Shown here: piece by piece, positions 1-9,576 of the stretch
How the letters are laid out: every line of letters starts with the position of its first letter
How positions within the stretch are numbered: position 1 is the first letter of the stretch
Assembly: GCA_041676805.1 (NCBI GenBank)
Contig: JBAYRG010000001.1
Span: forward strand, 1 to 47,354
Reading direction: 5' to 3'
DNA length: 47,354 bases
Source: Proteiniphilum sp.
Lineage (GTDB): Bacteria > Bacteroidota > Bacteroidia > Bacteroidales > Dysgonomonadaceae
Position numbers and translations under genes: made by a program
Notes under the pieces: generated by a model
What the model saw: only the letters and a program-made list of their open reading frames with translations
What the model was told of the DNA's origin: nothing
Database searches by the model: none

Positions 1-729
1 CTCTTCCAGCACACGGTATTTCGCCTGGAACCGCTCGTTGTTCTTTTCCATCAGCGCCGAATCGAGTTCCAGTGAAGTGATGATATTGGGTTCCCTGTCC
101 GGCATTTTCCCGAGGGTTGCCCACGGACATTGCTCCCGAACCTCCTCGTCGGTCCTCCTGCGACGGAATTCAGGGAGTTTCACCTTTTCCATCATCTGCC
201 CGATTACACCATCCGTCAGGATCATCGCGGGATTACGGTATTTAAACGCCAACTCGAATCCAAGTGCTACAAAATCGGCCATCTCCTGCACAGAATTGGG
301 TGCCAGTGTAATTAATTTGTAATCACCATGTCCTCCTCCTTTCACCGTCTGGAAATAATCGGCCTGTGAAGGTTGTATCGTTCCTAATCCGGGACCTCCC
401 CGCTGTACATTCACAATAAGGCAGGGCAGTTCAGCTCCAGCCATATAGGAGATGCCCTCCTGCTTCAGACTGATACCCGGACTGGAGGAAGTGGTCATGG
501 AGTATTTTCCGCAGGCAGCTCCACCATAGACCATGTTAATAGCAGCCACCTCACTTTCGGCTTGCAACACCACCATTCCTGTCGTTTTCCAGGGAGCTGC
601 TTCCATAAGTGTCTCTATTATTTCCGACTGGGGAGTGATGGGATAACCGAAATAACCATCCACCCCGTAGCGTATGGCTGCATGGGCAATGGCTTCGTTT
701 CCTTTCATCAAAGAAATTTCTTCTGGCAT
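1..729 (-). CDS. vorB: 2-oxoacid:ferredoxin oxidoreductase alpha-type subunit (VorB-like), 3' end runs off the window
   Basis: Read by hand from the ATG at 729: MPEEISLMKGNEAIAHAAIRYGVDGYFGYPITPQSE, with the GNEA and GYPITPQSE motifs. Lies next to a 4Fe-4S ferredoxin. Absent from the ORF track because it has no stop inside the window. Confidence 0.9.
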   Translation of the reverse strand, partial: MPEEISLMKGNEAIAHAAIRYGVDGYFGYPITPQSEIIETLMEAAPWKTTGMVVLQAESEVAAINMVYGGAACGKYSMTTSSSPGISLKQEGISYMAGAELPCLIVNVQRGGPGLGTIQPSQADYFQTVKGGGHGDYKLITLAPNSVQEMADFVALGFELAFKYRNPAMILTDGVIGQMMEKVKLPEFRRRRTDEEVREQCPWATLGKMPDREPNIITSLELDSALMEKNNERFQAKYRVLEE

Positions 730-766
730 AATATTAGTTTTGTTACTATTCTCTTATGGAAAATGA

Positions 767-997
767 TCATACCACCTTCTTCCGATAGACCGTTATACAT
801 CCTTCCGGACATACAAATCCACAGTTCGCGCATCCGATACAATCATCGGGACTCTTCATATAAGCATAATGATATCCGCGGTCATTCACTTCTCGCGGCT
901 GTAAATCTAATGTGTCGGTAGGACATGACACAACACAGAGGTTGCAGCCCTTACATCGATCGGTATTTACCACTACATAACCTTTGACTTTTCCCAT
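767..997 (-). CDS. 4Fe-4S dicluster ferredoxin (delta subunit of the 2-oxoacid oxidoreductase)
   Basis: Two CxxCxxCxxxCP motifs (CKGCNLCVVSCP, CIGCANCGFVCP); directly upstream of vorB. Confidence 0.92.
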   Translation of the reverse strand: MGKVKGYVVVNTDRCKGCNLCVVSCPTDTLDLQPREVNDRGYHYAYMKSPDDCIGCANCGFVCPEGCITVYRKKVV

Positions 998-1025
998 TAT
1001 TAGATGTGGCTTTTATTGTCTGTTA

Positions 1026-1033
1026 CAAAAGTA
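1026..1033 (-). promoter_or_regulatory. Bacteroidota -7 promoter element for the ferredoxin-vorB operon
   Basis: Minus strand reads TACTTTTG (consensus TAnnTTTG), about 30 nt upstream of the ferredoxin start. Confidence 0.6.
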
Positions 1034-1077
1034 ACAGTTGTTTTTTAAGAACTCAATTTTTCTATGTTAATTTTTAC

Positions 1078-1878
1078 CTATTCTGATTCATCCGGCGCAT
1101 AATTACGACTAAAGCATTCGTCTCGTGATGTTCCATGAATACTTTTGCTTAGCAGGGCATAAATTTCTTTCTTCATAGGATCGTTCAATAACTCCAGATG
1201 TTTTTGAATCACTTTCTCATCGAACCTCACGGCGGGGCCGGTCTGTGCGGCGTGTGGATCCATCTCCATCGCTTTGGCAGCAGTTTCGGCGATCAGTGGA
1301 TTTAGCATCCGGAACGAAATTTCCTCCTCACCCATTATCTCCGACGCGAGCGTATACATGTGATTGGTAAAGTTACATGCAAAAACAGCCGCCAAGTGGA
1401 GAAATCGCCGCTTATCTCCGGAAAGGAAATAGACATTTTCCGATATCCCTTCCGCCAGCTCCTTCAATAAAGTGGTGGTTTCAATACTCTCTCCCTCTAT
1501 AAAGAGCGGAATATCTTTAAAATTCACTTCCCTCTCTTTGCTAAATGTCTGTAATGGATAAAGTACTCCCCTCTCCTTATGCGGAGAAAGCACTGAAACA
1601 GGAATACTACCCGCAGTATGCGCCCATACGCCTGTAGTCAGCGGCATTTGGGAGGCAATTTCCGGTAGTGCGGTATCTCTTACTGAAAAAATATAAAGAT
1701 CGGCTGCAGAATGAACAGTATCGACATCATCAATCGGATCAGCTCCGACCTTGCAAGCAAGCAATTTTGCATTTCTCATCGTTCGGCTATATACTTGCAC
1801 AATCCTGTGACCCGCTCCTTTCAATGCCATTGCCATGTGGGTAGCCACATTTCCCGATCCGATGAGTACAATTTCCAT
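1078..1878 (-). CDS. Rossmann-like / DUF2520 domain oxidoreductase
   Basis: N-terminal IGSGNVA Rossmann motif plus HTAGS, YPLQTFS, LHLAAVFACNFTNH and QTGPAVRFD, typical of DUF2520 proteins. Confidence 0.85.
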   Translation of the reverse strand: MEIVLIGSGNVATHMAMALKGAGHRIVQVYSRTMRNAKLLACKVGADPIDDVDTVHSAADLYIFSVRDTALPEIASQMPLTTGVWAHTAGSIPVSVLSPHKERGVLYPLQTFSKEREVNFKDIPLFIEGESIETTTLLKELAEGISENVYFLSGDKRRFLHLAAVFACNFTNHMYTLASEIMGEEEISFRMLNPLIAETAAKAMEMDPHAAQTGPAVRFDEKVIQKHLELLNDPMKKEIYALLSKSIHGTSRDECFSRNYAPDESE

Positions 1879-1895
1879 AACACATATGATTTACA

Positions 1896-2390
1896 TTAGG
1901 GATTACCTCTCTTCATCCCTATCATTTTAACTCCCACTTTTTCCACTCCACGCAACAGTTCTTCCTCCATTCCGTGGCGGATTACCAGTCTATAGTTGGA
2001 GACCGAATCCCACGGGATAAAACTACGGTAGGGCAGCGACAACTGGTTCAACCCTCCGGCACCACCTCCCAACCATCTTCCATATTCATCGGCCAAGAGG
2101 CAACGAAGTGTATCAGTACGAACCTGAGAATCCGTCAGATTCTGATCGATGAGTAACCATAAATCACGGTAAGGATAACTGCGATTGGTTGTCAATTCCA
2201 CTGTCACATCATATCCTACACCAAAAGAGGGCAGCAACGAATCTATCGTAAAAATAAGCACAGAATCACGATGCCATTTTCCGCTCTTAATATGATAAAA
2301 TCGTGAATAGTCCTCTCTTCCCGAGCAGGAGACAATGACAGCAAAAGAGAGACCTACAAATATTAAAAAGATATTACTCTTTGTTCTCAC
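1896..2390 (-). CDS. gldH: GldH-family lipoprotein
   Basis: Lipobox-like AVIVSC after a hydrophobic stretch; YPYRDLWL, DTLRCLLADEYGRWLG and LLRGVEKVG motifs. Start moved to the in-frame GTG at 2390 because the ORF-track start at 2543 lies deep inside the PSP1 gene. Confidence 0.78.
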   Translation of the reverse strand: MRTKSNIFLIFVGLSFAVIVSCSGREDYSRFYHIKSGKWHRDSVLIFTIDSLLPSFGVGYDVTVELTTNRSYPYRDLWLLIDQNLTDSQVRTDTLRCLLADEYGRWLGGGAGGLNQLSLPYRSFIPWDSVSNYRLVIRHGMEEELLRGVEKVGVKMIGMKRGNP

Positions 2391-3591
2391 CCGGAGATTT
2401 TCTATTTCTGAATTTTCTGCTTCCTGATAAATTATCGGGGCGTTTTTTACGGGGTTTTCTCTTTCTCTTCCCCTGACTTTCGCCCTGACCATCAAACCGG
2501 GTAATACTATGATCATCAAGGATATCTCCAGGGTACTCCCCATTGCCGGATTTCTCCACTGTCTCTTCGATCAGTTTCAGCGGTTTTTCTCCTTTTTTAT
2601 TCATCCTGATGATTTCGAATACACGGTCTTTGTGAATAGTCACTAAATTAGCACCATTAAACTTGTCTGACGAATAAGTAATCTTACCGGAAAAAACATC
2701 AGTCTTGAAATGGTAATAGCTGGCATCTTTCGTTTCGAGAATAATTTCACGTGAAGGAAGTGTACGTTGCGCCTCCACATAGGCATCTACCTCATAATTC
2801 ATGCAACACTTCAGCTTTCCACATTGTCCGGCCAATTTTTGTGGATTAATAGAAATATCCTGATATCTGGCAGCAGAGGTGGAGACCGATACAAAACTCG
2901 ACATCCAACGACTACAACACATCTCTCGCCCACACGGGCCAATTCCGCCGATACGGCCGGCTTCCTGACGCGCGCCGATCTGTTTCATTTCAATCTTAAC
3001 CCTGAACTCACTGGCCAATACTTTGATAAGTTGACGGAAATCGACTCTCTCATCCGCAATATAGTAGAAGATAGCTTTATTACCGTCACCCTGATACTCT
3101 ACATCACCGATCTTCATCTTCAACCCCAACTCTTCAGCTATCTCCCTTGAACGGATCATGGTAGGCTGCTCCCGAGCTTTTGCCTGCTCATATTTCTCCA
3201 AATCGGCAGGGCGTGCAATACGGTAGATGCGTTTCATCCCTCCGTTGGCATCATCCCTGAAGTTGTTCTTCTTCATCTGTAACTCCACCAGTTTACCGGT
3301 CAGCGTCACAGTACCTATATCGTGTCCGGGTAAGGCTTCTACGGCAACTACATCACCCTGCTCCAACTGTAAGTCGTTGCTGTTGATATAATAACCTTTA
3401 CGGGTATTTTTGAACTGCACCTCCACCATTTTGGTTGCTTTTTGCAACTCTGGAAAATCGTGTAACCAATCGTAGACGTGGAGTTTATTATCATGGCGGG
3501 TACATCCCCGGCAACTCTTCATATTTCGTAGGGTAATTGTACTCAGTGGCACAATATCCGCTAATTTATCTGCTAATTGTTCTTTATCCAT
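2374..3591 (-). CDS. PSP1-domain protein (RicT/YaaT family, Fe-S binding)
   Basis: EVQFKNTRK, FYYIADERVDFRQL, GGIGPCGREMCC and LAGQCGKLKCC motifs; downstream of holB as is usual. Confidence 0.9.
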   Translation of the reverse strand: MDKEQLADKLADIVPLSTITLRNMKSCRGCTRHDNKLHVYDWLHDFPELQKATKMVEVQFKNTRKGYYINSNDLQLEQGDVVAVEALPGHDIGTVTLTGKLVELQMKKNNFRDDANGGMKRIYRIARPADLEKYEQAKAREQPTMIRSREIAEELGLKMKIGDVEYQGDGNKAIFYYIADERVDFRQLIKVLASEFRVKIEMKQIGARQEAGRIGGIGPCGREMCCSRWMSSFVSVSTSAARYQDISINPQKLAGQCGKLKCCMNYEVDAYVEAQRTLPSREIILETKDASYYHFKTDVFSGKITYSSDKFNGANLVTIHKDRVFEIIRMNKKGEKPLKLIEETVEKSGNGEYPGDILDDHSITRFDGQGESQGKRKRKPRKKRPDNLSGSRKFRNRKSPGENKE

Positions 3592-3648
3592 ATATAAACC
3601 GCCTTATTTTTCCTGGCGGATGAATTAATTTAAACGCAAGTTACAAAA

Positions 3649-4758
3649 TTATTTTCTTAAAAACATCGTCACTTTCAGACAAAGATCAAGGAAAATAATT
3701 TTCGCATTGCCATTTTGTTCAATTTGTCGGTAAGCGAGAGAAAATTCATCACTTAACGCTTCTATATTTTTTTCATTAATGAATGGGGCAAATCGCTCAC
3801 CGAATTGCCATTCATCGTTATTCAGGTATACCATTTCCGGTTCACGGAGGTTACTCACAAAATATTCCCTGAACAGCCTCAGTGAATAGAGCAGGAAGCT
3901 TTTCTGCATCTCTCGTCCAATGCCGGCGATTTCACTGGCGATCTCTTTGATCGCCTTAATTTTTCCGGAAAAGGCATTTCGCATCATCTGCCTGAATAAC
4001 TCAAAGAAGTATTCGGTATGCTCAGACGCCTCTATAATCTCAATAGCCTTGGTAAAACTACCATTGGCTATATGGGCTGTCGAGTGTGCTTTTTCCACAT
4101 CCAATCCAAATTTCTGTCGCAGGGCCGTTTCCATCTCCTTCTTTTCGATAGCCCGGATATGCAACGGCTGGCAACGTGACCAGATGGTTTGCAACACATT
4201 TTCCCTATCCTCCGAAACAAGTAGAAAGACTGTATGGTCAGGCGGCTCTTCCACCAGCTTCAATAGTTTATTGGCGCATGCTTCGTGCATCTTCTCCGGG
4301 AGCCACACAACCATGATCTTATAAGGTGCTTCATACACTTTGAGGTTGAGTTTACGGATGATCTCATCACTCTCTTTTGAATAGATGATTCCCTGCGCAT
4401 TTTGCGCATCAATAAAGCTGAGCCAGTCGTTCAGATTAAAATAGAGGTGTTCCGACAGGAATTCCCTCCATTGAGGCAGGTACTGGTCACTCACTTTCGA
4501 TTTCACAACCGGAAATACAAAGTGCAGGTCGGGATGTGCCAACTTATCAAACTTGTGGCATGAGGGACATTCGCCGCAAGCATCTTCGGCACCGCGGTCA
4601 CTACAATTCAGATATCTGGCATAAGCGATGGCCAGGGGTAACTTCCCCACCCCTTCCGGACCATAAAAGATACGGGCATGCGGAATAAACCCCTGCCTCA
4701 CCGAATTGATCAGGTGTTCTTTCACATCATGGAGTCCTATGACATCGCGAAAATACAT
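3649..4758 (-). CDS. holB: DNA polymerase III subunit delta'
   Basis: GPEGVGK Walker-like motif, zinc Cys cluster (CGECPSC), HPDLHF, ANKLLKLVEEPP and TIWSRCQ. Confidence 0.93.
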   Translation of the reverse strand: MYFRDVIGLHDVKEHLINSVRQGFIPHARIFYGPEGVGKLPLAIAYARYLNCSDRGAEDACGECPSCHKFDKLAHPDLHFVFPVVKSKVSDQYLPQWREFLSEHLYFNLNDWLSFIDAQNAQGIIYSKESDEIIRKLNLKVYEAPYKIMVVWLPEKMHEACANKLLKLVEEPPDHTVFLLVSEDRENVLQTIWSRCQPLHIRAIEKKEMETALRQKFGLDVEKAHSTAHIANGSFTKAIEIIEASEHTEYFFELFRQMMRNAFSGKIKAIKEIASEIAGIGREMQKSFLLYSLRLFREYFVSNLREPEMVYLNNDEWQFGERFAPFINEKNIEALSDEFSLAYRQIEQNGNAKIIFLDLCLKVTMFLRK

Positions 4759-5708
4759 CAGTATATCTCCTCCGCTACCCTGCGCACACTCTCAGTCGCC
4801 ATCAATGAATAGAAATGGATACTCTGAACCTGATTACTGATCAACTCCTTACACTGTTGGACACACCATTCAATACCAATCTCCTTCGCCTCCTCATCGT
4901 CTTTACATTTGCGAAGTGCTGCTGCCAGCTCTTCCGGAATATCCGTACGGAAAATGCGAGGCAGTGCCGTAAGTTGATTCTTCAAATGGATCGGTTTGAT
5001 CCCGGGAATAATGGGCACACCAATTCCCGCCTCACGACAACGTTTTACAAATTCGAAAAATTTACTGTTATCGAAAAACATCTGCGTTACGAGATATTCA
5101 GCGCCATTATCCACCTTCATCTTAGTGTAATAGATCTCCGAATCCATATTGGGAGACTCCTCATGTTTTTCAGGATAACATGCCATACCGTAAGAAAAGG
5201 ATTCCTCCGGCGCGGTAAAAGGAGAGCCATCGAACGTGATTCCCTTGTTAAAATTGTTCACCTGCTCCTGCAGGCCGGTAGCGTACGGGTGGCTATCCAT
5301 TTTCCGTTGTTCGGCATCCAATTTCTTGCTATCACCTCTTAACAGCAGCAGATCGGTCACGCCCAGAAAGGAGAGGTCGATCAATGCATATTCGGTCTCC
5401 TCCTTCGAAAAACCCTGTGAGATAATGTGAGGTACCGCCCTTATTCCATACTTATTCTGGATGGCAGCAGCAATGGCTACCGAGCCGGGGCGTCTCCTTA
5501 CATTCACTTTCCGGTATGTGCCGTTTTCATCTTCTTTATAAATACTTTCGCTGTGATGCGTAGTAATATTGATATATTTCGGGTCAAACTCCTTCAATCG
5601 GTCAATAGTGTTATATACCTGCTGAATACTATTTCCCTTCAATGGGGGCAGCAGTTCGAACGAAAAAGCAGTTTTATCCCTCTTATTTATTAATTCTGAA
5701 ATGCTCAT
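4758..5708 (-). CDS. metF: 5,10-methylenetetrahydrofolate reductase
   Basis: FSFELLPPLKG, LRGD, CYPEKH, VTQMFFDN and IIPGIKPI motifs. Likely start is MSISELINK at 5708; the ORF-track extension to the TTG at 5825 just translates a heptamer repeat. Confidence 0.93.
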   Translation of the reverse strand: MSISELINKRDKTAFSFELLPPLKGNSIQQVYNTIDRLKEFDPKYINITTHHSESIYKEDENGTYRKVNVRRRPGSVAIAAAIQNKYGIRAVPHIISQGFSKEETEYALIDLSFLGVTDLLLLRGDSKKLDAEQRKMDSHPYATGLQEQVNNFNKGITFDGSPFTAPEESFSYGMACYPEKHEESPNMDSEIYYTKMKVDNGAEYLVTQMFFDNSKFFEFVKRCREAGIGVPIIPGIKPIHLKNQLTALPRIFRTDIPEELAAALRKCKDDEEAKEIGIEWCVQQCKELISNQVQSIHFYSLMATESVRRVAEEIY

Positions 5709-5714
5709 TTTCTT

Positions 5715-5775
5715 AGAATAAAGAGTAAAGAGTAAAGAATAAAGAGTAAAGAGTAAAGAACAAAGAATAAAGACA
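5715..5775. repeat. Tandem heptamer repeat, about 8 copies of AAAGA(G/A)(T/C)
   Basis: AAAGAGT AAAGAGT AAAGAAT AAAGAGT AAAGAGT AAAGAAC AAAGAAT AAAGACA at 5720-5775, in the rseP-metF gap. Confidence 0.95.
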
Positions 5776-5826
5776 TTTTTATCAAACTCATGTAATATAA
5801 AGTCCGTCCTCACTATACCATCCAAA

Positions 5827-7149
5827 CTATTTAAAAATAGCCCTCACCACATCCATGCCATTGGCATACAACACCAGGCCTATGAGCAGGATCATTCCCG
5901 CCACTTGGGCATACTCCATAAATTTCTCACTGGGTTTCCTCCGGGTGATTACTTCGTAAATCAGAAACATCACATGTCCCCCGTCAAGTGCCGGAATAGG
6001 TAGGATATTCATAAAAGCAAGTATTACAGAAAGGAAAGCGGTCATCATCCAGAACGCTTGCCAATTCCATTGTGCGGGAAAAAGATTCCCGATCGCCCCA
6101 AATCCACCCAGGGATGAAGCTCCAGCTTTTGTAAACACATATTTAAATTGCGCCACATAATCCTTTAATGTCTGAATACCCAATTTGATTCCTGCCGGAA
6201 ATGATTTAAAAAAGCCATAACTGACCGTAACGGTTTGATAAACCTGATAGAGATTTCTCAGGGAAAAGCCCAATGTGCCGGCTGAGTCCACATTCACAGA
6301 AGTTGTCTGTAACGATCCGTTCCGATAATAGTCCAGCATAACCTCTTGGTTGCGATGGTTGTTGAGTGCTGTCCTCAGATCACTAAAGACAGGGGTAACC
6401 ATTCCGTTCACCCTCACAATACTGTCTCCGGAGAGCAGTCCTGCACGCTCGGCAGCACTTCCTTTCATTGTTTCATGAACAACCGTAGGTATCCTGTAAG
6501 CAGCAAATCCTTCCTTATCTTTCAGCAGGTTTTCCATTAATCCTTCCTGCATGGTCAGTACTACTTCTTTTCCATTACGCAATACAGTTACCTTTTCAGC
6601 ATCAGCCACATCAAGTAAGGTACGCACACCAAAGCGGTCCAACTCCTTATTATCTGCCCTGAGCAAGATATCTCCATCCTGAAAACCGGCTCGATGTGCG
6701 GCCTGGCTGAATTCCATCCCCTGCGTCACATTTTTCAAAGGGAGATAGGTATCGTTCCAGGTGAAAAGTACCATAGAGAAGATAAAAAATGCCAGTAACA
6801 GGTTAAACAATACACCTGCAATCATTACCAGGAGCCGTTGTCCAGCAGGTTTGGAACGGAATTCCCACGGTTGCGGAGGTTGTGCCATCTGGTTTTTATC
6901 CATCGACTCATCGATCATCCCCGATATTTTCACATAACCGCCCAGCGGCAACCAGCCGATACCATATTCCGTATCACTGTTCTTAGGCTTGTAGCGAAAG
7001 AGCGCAAACCAAGCATCAAAGAAAAGATAGAATTTCTCTACCCTTATCTTGAACATCCTCGCAAAAATATAATGTCCGAACTCATGTACTAACACCAGTA
7101 TCGACAAACTCAAGATGAGTTGTAACGCCTTAATTAAAAATGTCTCCAT
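5827..7149 (-). CDS. rseP: RIP metalloprotease RseP (site-2 protease with PDZ domains)
   Basis: HEFGH zinc motif, LPLGGYVKI, NILPIPALDGGH; next to dxr. Confidence 0.95.
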   Translation of the reverse strand: METFLIKALQLILSLSILVLVHEFGHYIFARMFKIRVEKFYLFFDAWFALFRYKPKNSDTEYGIGWLPLGGYVKISGMIDESMDKNQMAQPPQPWEFRSKPAGQRLLVMIAGVLFNLLLAFFIFSMVLFTWNDTYLPLKNVTQGMEFSQAAHRAGFQDGDILLRADNKELDRFGVRTLLDVADAEKVTVLRNGKEVVLTMQEGLMENLLKDKEGFAAYRIPTVVHETMKGSAAERAGLLSGDSIVRVNGMVTPVFSDLRTALNNHRNQEVMLDYYRNGSLQTTSVNVDSAGTLGFSLRNLYQVYQTVTVSYGFFKSFPAGIKLGIQTLKDYVAQFKYVFTKAGASSLGGFGAIGNLFPAQWNWQAFWMMTAFLSVILAFMNILPIPALDGGHVMFLIYEVITRRKPSEKFMEYAQVAGMILLIGLVLYANGMDVVRAIFK

Positions 7150-7188
7150 TCAGTTATCATTACACACCTTACCAGTGTGTCACTTTTA

Positions 7189-8361
7189 TCAATTAGTAAA
7201 TTCAATTATTTGTTCTCTTGCTATTACTCTTGCATCGGCATCGGTTTGCAGGTAGTCGTTTAACGATGGTGATTGCACAAATGACACTTTCTGCATGGTT
7301 TTCTCTATCAAACGACTCATTTGCATATAACCTATTTTTTCCTGTAAAAAAAGTTCCACTGCTACTTCATTGGCGGCATTCAATATACAGGGCATATTAC
7401 CTCCAACCGCAATGGCCTCATAGGCATATAAAAGTCCGGGGAACCGCTCTGTATCAGGTGCCTCGAACGTCAGTTGTGACAACTCCAAAAAGTTCAGCGG
7501 CTGCACATCCGATTTCAACCGGGCCGGATAAGAGAAGGCATATTGAATAGGCATACGCATGTCTGGTTCTCCCAACTGTGCTATTACGGAGCGGTCTTCA
7601 AACTGTACCATAGAGTGAATAATCGACTGGGGATGCACCAATACCTCAATCTGCGATGGCTCCACACCAAACAACCATTTGGCCTCGATCATTTCCAGTC
7701 CCTTATTGATAAGGGTAGAAGAATCTATGGTCACTTTCTCACCCATATTCCAGTTAGGATGCGCCAGCGCCTCTTTTCGGGTCACATGGCACAGCTGCTC
7801 TTTCGATAGAGAACGAAAAGGTCCCCCTGAAGCGGTAAGCAATATTTTTTCGATCTTATTATCTCCCTCACCGTTCAAGCACTGGAAAATAGCCGAATGT
7901 TCAGAGTCGACCGGCAGGATTGGCGTTCTATGTTTCAATGCCAACGAAGTAACCAGTTCACCTGCCACCACCAGCGTCTCCTTATTGGCCAATGCGATGA
8001 TCTTCCCGGCTTTAATGGCGTTTATAGTAGGCTGCAGGCCCGAAAAACCGACCATCGCCGTAAGCACCATATCTATTGGTTCGTCCTGTACCACCTGCTC
8101 GATAGCTTTGCTTCCACACCACACTTTAATGGGCAAGTCGCTCAATGCATCTTTCAATTTCTCATATTTCGACTCGTTAGCGATCACCACCACTTCAGGA
8201 AGATATCTCCGCGCTTGCTCTATCAATAACTCAACCCTGTTATTGGCAACCAAAGCATAGACCCCAAAACGGTCACGATGGCTGGAAATAACTTTCAGCG
8301 CCTGCGTCCCGATTGAACCTGTAGAGCCTAAAATGGCAATATTTCGTTTTCCATCTTCCAT
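7189..8361 (-). CDS. dxr: 1-deoxy-D-xylulose-5-phosphate reductoisomerase
   Basis: LGSTGSIG, LANKETLV, PVDSEH, TASGGPF, HPNWNMG and NKGLE motifs. Confidence 0.97.
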   Translation of the reverse strand: MEDGKRNIAILGSTGSIGTQALKVISSHRDRFGVYALVANNRVELLIEQARRYLPEVVVIANESKYEKLKDALSDLPIKVWCGSKAIEQVVQDEPIDMVLTAMVGFSGLQPTINAIKAGKIIALANKETLVVAGELVTSLALKHRTPILPVDSEHSAIFQCLNGEGDNKIEKILLTASGGPFRSLSKEQLCHVTRKEALAHPNWNMGEKVTIDSSTLINKGLEMIEAKWLFGVEPSQIEVLVHPQSIIHSMVQFEDRSVIAQLGEPDMRMPIQYAFSYPARLKSDVQPLNFLELSQLTFEAPDTERFPGLLYAYEAIAVGGNMPCILNAANEVAVELFLQEKIGYMQMSRLIEKTMQKVSFVQSPSLNDYLQTDADARVIAREQIIEFTN

Positions 8362-8390
8362 ATGGGAGTGATCATCTGCAATAAAGCATG

Positions 8391-8398
8391 CAAAGATA
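8391..8398 (-). promoter_or_regulatory. -7 promoter element upstream of dxr
   Basis: Minus strand reads TATCTTTG, 30 nt upstream of the dxr start. Confidence 0.6.
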
Positions 8399-8434
8399 AT
8401 AAAAAGGAGTCACGATTATTCTCATCATGCTGGA

Positions 8435-8956
8435 TCATTCTTCGATCAATCCATCCGGAAGAAACATCTCCATCAGATTACCCTCCTCGTCGATAGCTTC
8501 TATAAAATCCTCAGTAGCCGGAATCAGGTATTCCCTCTCATCATTTTTCACGATGAAAAGTACATTCATGGTAGAGCTATCCACTTCTTCTATAACTCCC
8601 AGTCTTTTCCCATGCTGATCAGTGACAGTAAAACCCCTAAAGTAATCCCAATCGGTCATTCCTTGTTCTGGTTGAGATTTCACCAACTCGCGCGGAAGAT
8701 AAATATCTATGTTGACATATCGTGCCGCCGCTTTCTCATCGTCGACATCTTCGAACTTCACCCGGGCAATAACATCAGTTGAATAAGTAAACTCCTCTAC
8801 AAAGAAGGGCACAGGAATACCCTCTATTTTCAGAAAATAGCACTCTGTATCTATATCGGCATACTCCGCTTTACGGAATCGAATGACAATTTCACCCTTT
8901 ATTCCGTATGGTTTCTGTGTACTTCCCACCAAAAGGATATCTTCCCCGGAAATCAC
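8435..8956 (-). CDS. rimM: Ribosome maturation factor RimM
   Basis: KPYGIKGE, VPFFVE and EYLIP...PDGL motifs; size about 170 aa. Confidence 0.9.
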   Translation of the reverse strand: MISGEDILLVGSTQKPYGIKGEIVIRFRKAEYADIDTECYFLKIEGIPVPFFVEEFTYSTDVIARVKFEDVDDEKAAARYVNIDIYLPRELVKSQPEQGMTDWDYFRGFTVTDQHGKRLGVIEEVDSSTMNVLFIVKNDEREYLIPATEDFIEAIDEEGNLMEMFLPDGLIEE

Positions 8957-8962
8957 TTTTTT

Positions 8963-9556
8963 TTATTTTCTACGTTGATATTTTATATTCTTCAGTTTAT
9001 CCCGGCTGGTATTCACTTTCACCTCGGGAATCACATACTCTTCTGCATCAATCTTTATTTTGCCCTCCGACAATGCATAGAGATCATGAAATATCTTCTG
9101 ATCATCCGCCTCTTTGTTCCATTGCGAATAGGAACGTTTCATCTGACTGAGTAGTAACTTCACCAGATAGTTTTTCTTTTCGTTCTCCTCCATATTGGCA
9201 GCAATCTTGATCATCCTTTCCATGATCTTGCCGTAATGGCGGTATTGCATTGTGGGGCGACTATAATCCAGATGCCCCGGAGAAGTATTCAATCCCTCCC
9301 TGGTAATCACCTCATAGGGATATTCAATATCGAGTTTAAAATCCGACATAATAGCCAGATGATCCCACAGAATGTGTTTGAAATTATTGACATCACGAAG
9401 GTGAGGAAACATACTTCCCATAATATCGATCACAGTATAAGCGCACTTTTTGCGCTCTTCGGGATTTTCAATGCCCACGCAGTGATCTACCATATTCTGG
9501 ATATTGCGCCCATATTCCGGCAGCACCAGTTTTTTTAATTGTGTATTGTATTGCAT
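8963..9556 (-). CDS. DUF4290 family protein
   Basis: MQYNTQLKKLVLPEYGRNIQNMVDH, LWDHLAIMSDFKLDIEYPY and YRHYGK are characteristic of this Bacteroidota family. Confidence 0.88.
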   Translation of the reverse strand: MQYNTQLKKLVLPEYGRNIQNMVDHCVGIENPEERKKCAYTVIDIMGSMFPHLRDVNNFKHILWDHLAIMSDFKLDIEYPYEVITREGLNTSPGHLDYSRPTMQYRHYGKIMERMIKIAANMEENEKKNYLVKLLLSQMKRSYSQWNKEADDQKIFHDLYALSEGKIKIDAEEYVIPEVKVNTSRDKLKNIKYQRRK

Positions 9557-9576
9557 ATATCAGTTGTTGTTCAGTT

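Noticed and set aside
38-921. Plus-strand ORFs 38-322, 130-315 and 562-921
   Set aside because: Antisense shadows of vorB and the ferredoxin. The same applies to the many short ORFs lying opposite or inside the long genes across the window.
2391-2543. Long N-terminal extension of GldH
   Set aside because: It overlaps the PSP1 gene, and the lipoprotein signal only makes sense from the GTG at 2390.
5709-5825. 39-aa hydrophobic N-terminal extension of MetF
   Set aside because: It is the translation of the heptamer repeat (LLFTLYS x2) from a TTG; MetF similarity starts at MSISEL.
7162-7180. ACACAC/GTGTGT hairpin between dxr and rseP
   Set aside because: Six-bp stem without a U tract on the coding strand; too weak to call.
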